From the NCBI RefSeq assembly GCF_988242995.1, contig NZ_OZ547043.1: a stretch of 64,000 nt of DNA, one strand, 5' to 3'. The notes below the pieces were generated by a model that was not told the origin of the DNA, made no database searches, and was given only the letters and a program-made list of their open reading frames with translations. The position numbers and the translations under genes were made by a program. Of this stretch, positions 63,444-64,000 are shown in pieces. How positions within the stretch are numbered: the first letter of the stretch is position 1; each line of letters opens with the position of its first letter.

Positions 63444-63836
63444 ATGAAAAACTTCCAGAGGAAATTTTATCAGAAAGTAATGGATTGGATTAATAGTATG
63501 AAAAATTTAGACAATATTATCTGGCATGATGGTGTTTTAGTAGAAACCAGAATGGAATGTCACCACACCGAGTATAATTTTATATTGACGGCAGAACTTT
63601 ATGTTGATGAATTTACAGCCGGAAGGGAACGAAAAAGGTTCGAGTTTACGGGAGTGGAACATTTATCGCAGGTTATGGATATTGCTGAACTTATAGATAA
63701 CCAAAATGCAGGTAATATTAAAGATGCGGTAATTGTTTATAAGGCAAAGAAGTATGAAATTTCACTTCATTTGTTTGGCGGTTTTTTAAATTTTATATTT
63801 AAAACCATGCGAGTTGTTGACAATGAATTTGAGTAA
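63444..63836 (+). CDS. Hypothetical protein in an AT-rich accessory segment; start uncertain (candidate ATG at 63498 gives 112 aa)
   Basis: Track ORF of 130 aa; an overlapping 44-aa ORF (63359-63493) in another frame suggests a possible frameshifted or degenerate gene; no family recognised. Confidence 0.35.
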   Translation: MKNFQRKFYQKVMDWINSMKNLDNIIWHDGVLVETRMECHHTEYNFILTAELYVDEFTAGRERKRFEFTGVEHLSQVMDIAELIDNQNAGNIKDAVIVYKAKKYEISLHLFGGFLNFIFKTMRVVDNEFE

Positions 63837-64000
63837 TACCAAATGCGACAAATTGTCTTTTTATGAAGAAAAAATCCGCTGGCGAATGCGTCGGCAAATC
63901 TCGAATGCAGAGGCAATATTTTACGAGAATCAGGAAGAACACATTCAGCGCTTTTTAGGCAGATATACCTGCCGCAAACCGGTTCTTGTTTATTGGGAAA
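63826..64000 (+). CDS. Hypothetical protein, 5' fragment running off the window end
   Basis: ATG at 63826 overlaps the stop of the previous ORF by 11 nt; open to the window end (MNLSNTKCDKLSFYEEKIRWRMRRQISNAEAIFYENQEEH...). Confidence 0.3.

Overview
This window reads as Escherichia coli (or Shigella) chromosome, in the gene order I recall for the K-12 Rac-prophage/ompN/paa neighbourhood. Positions 1-~18.7 kb are the late, tail-encoding end of a lambda-like prophage (V-like fragment, G/GT, H, M, L, K, I, J, lom, stf), followed by a rearranged tail-fibre module, a tfa remnant and a sitABCD Mn/Fe ABC-transporter cargo operon with MntR and Fur boxes. From ~19.2 kb the core chromosome follows: uspF, ompN, MicC sRNA, ydbK, ydbJ, hslJ, ldhA, ydbH-ynbE-ydbL, feaR/feaB, tynA, paaZ, paaABCDEFGHIJK, paaXY, an intact ydbA autotransporter with 294-bp tandem repeats, ydbC, azoR and hrpA. 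Two ~713-bp IS200 copies sit in inverted orientation at ~33.05 kb and ~62.56 kb, each abutting a terminator hairpin. The window ends in an AT-rich cluster of small unknown ORFs. I found no rRNA, tRNA or CRISPR, and no convincing multi-gene novel system; the best candidates for undescribed function are the small ORFs in the tail-fibre module (13.5-14.8 kb) and the right-end cluster (63.3-64.0 kb). All identifications are from reading the sequence and recalled protein families, with no database search. Hand-read coordinates of non-ORF features may be off by 1-2 nt; I found one place near 19680 where my reading and the ORF track disagree by a base.
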